This document shows, piece by piece, positions 60,843 through 64,000 of a stretch of DNA of 64,000 nucleotides; within the stretch, counting starts at the first letter, position 1, and each line of letters begins with the position of its first letter. The DNA is from an uncultured Gammaproteobacteria bacterium. GTDB lineage: Bacteria > Pseudomonadota > Gammaproteobacteria > Steroidobacterales > Steroidobacteraceae. The notes below the pieces were generated by a model, which worked only from the letters and a program-made list of their open reading frames with translations, had not been told where the DNA came from and made no database searches. The position numbers and the translations under genes are program-made. Location: assembly GCA_963831765.1 (NCBI GenBank), contig CAWHRH010000002.1:905210-969209 (forward strand), read 5' to 3'.

Positions 60843-62012
60843 CTAGATCAATGAGTTAGCGCCTCCGTCGCCACTCGACTTGCGCCTCAACCACGTCATT
60901 GCGGCACTTTTGCGTGACTGCGACGCACAAACTTTCTCCGCGGCCTCAATTAGGTTCGTCAATTCCGCTTGAGAGTAGTGCGTCGTGATGCGGCCACTAC
61001 GATGCCCCAGCAAATCTTGACGATCCTCGAACGACACACCCGCCGCGCGCAGTCTGCGGCCAAAGGTGTGTTTGAGATCGTGGACACGAATCCTTCTAAA
61101 TCCCGCCGGCGCCACTTCCCCGTGCTCTTTAGCCCAAGCATCCGCCGCGCGTTCTCGAGCCGCCTTCCAAGCCGTGTTGTTGATCTTGGTTATCGGTCCT
61201 GAATTGCCGTCTTTCTTATGGGCGTGCACGAATACGTACGCTGGATGCAGCCCGCGAACGCTCTCCACGACAGACTTTGCCACCCGATTGAGTACGACCA
61301 GGCGTTCCTCGCCATTTTTTATGCGCTGACCTGGAATGATGAACACCGATGTATCGAGCTCCGGCACTTTCACTTCATAGTCCCACTTCATTCCGCAAAC
61401 TTCCTGCTCTCGCAAACCCGTATTCACTTTGAAGATCGCCATGCGAGCGAGGTGGTCGGGCAACTCCTGAAACAAGAGCGCCTGTTCCTCGCGGGTGAGC
61501 GGATAGGGCGGCCGGGCGTCCTTGACTGAAAACAGCTTGATCTTGGGTGCCGTTTCCAGCCAGGTTTTGCCTTGTCGATCCATCCACTCGGAGGCGGCAA
61601 GATTTAAGACCCTGCGCACCACGCCGAGCGCCAGGTTCAGAGTCTTGGTCTTGACGCCATCCCGCCGCCGCTGCGCGATGAACTCCTGCAGGCTTCCCAT
61701 GTGCACTTGTTTCAGCTCCATCTCGCCGATGAAGGCATCAAGCTGCTTCAAGTGCAGCGCGTCGTCCTTGATGCGCCTCTTGTAGCCATATTCCTGCAGG
61801 TATTTCGTCGCCGCGGACCGGAACGAGCGAAGTTCGCGCGCGCCGTAGAGTCTGGTTTCGCGAAGCTCGATTACGCGCTTCGCGAGATACTCTTGGGCTT
61901 GCCGGAGGTCGCTTGTTCCAGTGCTTTCGCAAATGCGTGCTCCTCGGAACGTTTTATCGATGTGCCAGATCCCACCTCGTTTGGTGAGACCCGGCGTTCT
62001 TTGGTTTCCCAT
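60843..62012 (-). CDS. tyrosine-type site-specific recombinase (phage/island integrase)
   Basis: Single intact 389-aa ORF ending 15 nt from the tRNA 3' end. C-terminal catalytic region with RIRVHDLKHTFGRRLRAAG and LLGHRSGRITTHY. Confidence 0.85.
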   Translation of the reverse strand: MGNQRTPGLTKRGGIWHIDKTFRGARICESTGTSDLRQAQEYLAKRVIELRETRLYGARELRSFRSAATKYLQEYGYKRRIKDDALHLKQLDAFIGEMELKQVHMGSLQEFIAQRRRDGVKTKTLNLALGVVRRVLNLAASEWMDRQGKTWLETAPKIKLFSVKDARPPYPLTREEQALLFQELPDHLARMAIFKVNTGLREQEVCGMKWDYEVKVPELDTSVFIIPGQRIKNGEERLVVLNRVAKSVVESVRGLHPAYVFVHAHKKDGNSGPITKINNTAWKAARERAADAWAKEHGEVAPAGFRRIRVHDLKHTFGRRLRAAGVSFEDRQDLLGHRSGRITTHYSQAELTNLIEAAEKVCASQSRKSAAMTWLRRKSSGDGGANSLI

Positions 62013-62290
62013 AGCTTTTCCCTTTCAGGTTGAGCCGCGGGATGCCCGTTGCGGCTCTTATAGTCGTCGGCCCAGGAATCGAGGTCAAGCCGGTCAAAAG
62101 CGATCCCCTGCGTGCCGATGGGGATCACATCGAGGAGCGGGCGAACGTCGCGATTGAAGCGATTTTTGTCCATCCCGAGATACAACGGCGCATCACGCAG
62201 CCGAATGAAGCGCGGCAGAAACCGAGACGATTCCGCAGGACGGCTCGTCCGCTGTGCGAGCGCACTGGGTGAGGGGCTGTGTTCGATCAT
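61871..62290 (-). CDS. putative excisionase/AlpA-like DNA-binding protein (3' limit doubtful)
   Basis: Track ORF of 139 aa. The central part (FIRLRDAPLYLGMDKNRFNRDVRPLLDVIPIG) looks like a small HTH. The last 142 nt overlap the integrase start. Confidence 0.35.
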   Translation of the reverse strand: MIEHSPSPSALAQRTSRPAESSRFLPRFIRLRDAPLYLGMDKNRFNRDVRPLLDVIPIGTQGIAFDRLDLDSWADDYKSRNGHPAAQPEREKLWETKERRVSPNEVGSGTSIKRSEEHAFAKALEQATSGKPKSISRSA

Positions 62291-62486
62291 CGACGACCTT
62301 ACGAACCCTGTGGTTCCGGCCGTTTAGGGGCAAGTCGTCACGTAATGGAAATTGTCTCAGAGAATCGCAAGAAAGTTGGTTTGGGTTTCGCTCTATTTTC
62401 AGCGAAACTCAAACGAAGCGGATGCGAGAACGTGATGCCGCGCAAGTCCAGACCGAATAGATGCGATGGCAAGCGCTCGTCGCGAT

Positions 62487-63146
62487 TCAAATCCGGGTTC
62501 TGGCCCACACACGCATGGCAAGAACAGTCAAGAGGAGCCCCATGCCGATAGGCAGCGCGTATCGATCGATATCAATATGCAGTAGCTCTACGGAGGCGAG
62601 GCCGAATGAAGCTAGAACGACCACGATGCCGAGGGCTGTCGAGGCGAATTGGGCTCTACTTGATCCCGCAGTGGCCATCGATTGAGTGGACGCTGCCAGG
62701 TAGCCATCTAGCCCATCGACGAGAATCATTCCCCCGCAGAAAGCGGCCGCAAGTTCCCACGTGTTGGTGCGCGTGACAAGAACTAAGGCGGACAGCTGTG
62801 AGGCCGTTTCGAAGCCCGCGGCAAGCAACATTCCAAGCAGGAATGGCTGAGCGATGATGGGCCCGCTGGGCCTGACGGCGGGCGCCGGACGGCGCAGCAA
62901 CCTGTAGAGGCTGACCAGGCCGATCCCGATTAGCAACCATGGGCCCAGGAATTCAACGCGGCTTGCGATCGTCGCTCCAACCCCCACAGCCAGCAGCGAC
63001 ACGATCAATCCATGCCCGAGGGCAAAATATAATCCATTGGTCACGCGAGGTTTGATCCGACACAAGCCATCGATGGCAGTAAGGTGATCGGCATCGACAC
63101 CGTGGCGCATCCCCAATGCGACACCGATTAGTAGAGTTGCGTCCAT
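62487..63146 (-). CDS. NicO/NiCoT-like metal (nickel/cobalt) transporter family membrane protein
   Basis: Single 219-aa polytopic ORF. N-terminal GMRHGVDADHLTAIDG resembles the NiCoT RHA-DADHI signature. Confidence 0.6.
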   Translation of the reverse strand: MDATLLIGVALGMRHGVDADHLTAIDGLCRIKPRVTNGLYFALGHGLIVSLLAVGVGATIASRVEFLGPWLLIGIGLVSLYRLLRRPAPAVRPSGPIIAQPFLLGMLLAAGFETASQLSALVLVTRTNTWELAAAFCGGMILVDGLDGYLAASTQSMATAGSSRAQFASTALGIVVVLASFGLASVELLHIDIDRYALPIGMGLLLTVLAMRVWARTRI

Positions 63147-63152
63147 TAGCCG

Positions 63153-63674
63153 TTAGGGTTTGTAGTGTGCGAACACAAAGTCACGACTCTTAACGGGCAC
63201 GTGACAGGCAAAACACCCCGTGAGTCCAGCCTCATCGATAGGTTTGCCGTCGTTGAACTGAGCGAATCCCCAGCCCCCGGTCGCGGCGTATTTCATGGAG
63301 TCCTTCACCATGAACTGAACGTTCGTGGGGTCGCCAGCGACGAATGATTGAGGGCGACCAAAAGCCTTGTTATTTTCTTCCGACGGGACGTATTGCCAAG
63401 CCAAACGGGCGATAATTGCGCCATCCGGAAACGGCAGTCTACCTTCACGATAAGCTTTGATCGCAATATCGTTCCCTAAAATGGCGCGAATGTCATTGAG
63501 TTTGCCTTCTTCGTGCGCTACAGAAATCAGCCGCCAGTCGCGATAGCCGGCGGGCAGTTTGATGTCGAAAGGCGGAGCGCCCGCCGCTACCGCATGCCCC
63601 GGCGCTAGACTGATGAAGGTTAATCCCGCCATCAGCGCAACGTCCGCAACCAGCACGTATCCGATCCGTTTCAT
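63153..63674 (-). CDS. cytochrome P460-family haem protein
   Basis: ATG 63674 with AAAGGAGAGG upstream, inside track ORF 63153..63731. Signal peptide. C-terminal CFACH haem-binding motif followed by VPVKSRDFVF. Confidence 0.7.
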   Translation of the reverse strand: MKRIGYVLVADVALMAGLTFISLAPGHAVAAGAPPFDIKLPAGYRDWRLISVAHEEGKLNDIRAILGNDIAIKAYREGRLPFPDGAIIARLAWQYVPSEENNKAFGRPQSFVAGDPTNVQFMVKDSMKYAATGGWGFAQFNDGKPIDEAGLTGCFACHVPVKSRDFVFAHYKP

Positions 63675-63745
63675 GATTGCCTCTCCTTTGGCGTACTCAT
63701 TGTCGGAATGGTCAAAATGTCGAGGAATCATTTCACTGCGCCGCT

Positions 63746-64000
63746 TTAGATCTGAGATATCCCGCCATCCACAAAAAGCTCGATCCCATTGACGTAACTG
63801 CTTTCGTCGGACGCCAAAAAAAGCACCGCCTTGGCGATTTCCTCGACTGAGCCGACCCTTCCTAATGGAATGGCAACGATCTGCGAGGCCAGAAAGCCCC
63901 TCATTTGCTCCGCCGACAGTCCGAGTTTGTCGTATCCCGGTGTTGGCACCGTTCCAGGACTGATAGCGTTTACTCGGATGTTCCGTGCCTTCAAATCGAC
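63746..64000 (-). CDS. short-chain dehydrogenase/reductase, C-terminal part only (5' end beyond window)
   Basis: Frame open to the window edge. SDR C-terminal pattern IRVNAISPGTVPTP...LFLASDESSYVNGIELFVDGG. Confidence 0.75.
   Translation of the reverse strand, partial: VDLKARNIRVNAISPGTVPTPGYDKLGLSAEQMRGFLASQIVAIPLGRVGSVEEIAKAVLFLASDESSYVNGIELFVDGGISQI

Larger units (their letters stand above)
60843..64000. mobile_element. left part of a tRNA-Arg-associated integrative island (integrase, Xis-like ORF, cargo); the right end is outside the window
   Basis: Integrase abuts the tRNA 3' end. The segment is visibly more AT-rich than the rest, and all its ORFs are unbroken, unlike the flanking chromosome. 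No second att repeat is present in the window. Confidence 0.5.

Noticed and set aside
62484-62500. GATTCAAATCCGGGTTC, resembling the tRNA-Arg T-arm/3' end, as a possible attR
   Set aside because: It matches only about 9 of the first 12 positions, with no extension into the acceptor stem. It lies at the 3' end of the NicO-like gene, so it is most likely chance.

Overview
GC-rich, proteobacterial-type chromosomal segment with about 63 protein genes and one tRNA. No rRNA, CRISPR array or IS transposase was seen. Gene order, left to right: small hydrolase genes; an orphan carrier-protein cluster centred on a SerRS-like amino acid:[carrier protein] ligase (about 2.9-12.1 kb); a HAMP-GGDEF-EAL protein; uup; an MprF-like gene; IclR, ferredoxin-NADP reductase and tesB; a GNAT / FAD-oxidase / desaturase / htpX array next to cbpA and htpG; an HtrA-like protease and a DsbA-like gene; hppD; several redox and PLP enzymes; bkdR with bkdA1-bkdA2-bkdB-ilvE; proBA; a large hybrid histidine kinase; a long minus-strand molybdenum-cofactor operon (moeA-moaA-moaC-mobA-moaD-moaE-moeB/rhodanese) that runs on into aminotransferase, HAD-phosphatase and His-phosphatase genes; and YciI with an ECF sigma factor. 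The window ends with tRNA-Arg(UCG) followed by an integrase-bounded, visibly more AT-rich island (NicO-like transporter, cytochrome P460, SDR) that runs off the right edge. The dominant property of the window is frame disruption. About two thirds of the genes can only be read by joining track ORFs that lie in different frames (indels, plus one in-frame TAG). The disruption is patchy, with several completely clean blocks. From sequence alone I cannot tell consensus or assembly error from real gene decay, so these genes are typed as pseudogenes, meaning disrupted as assembled. The best candidate for an undescribed system is the aa:CP-ligase cluster.
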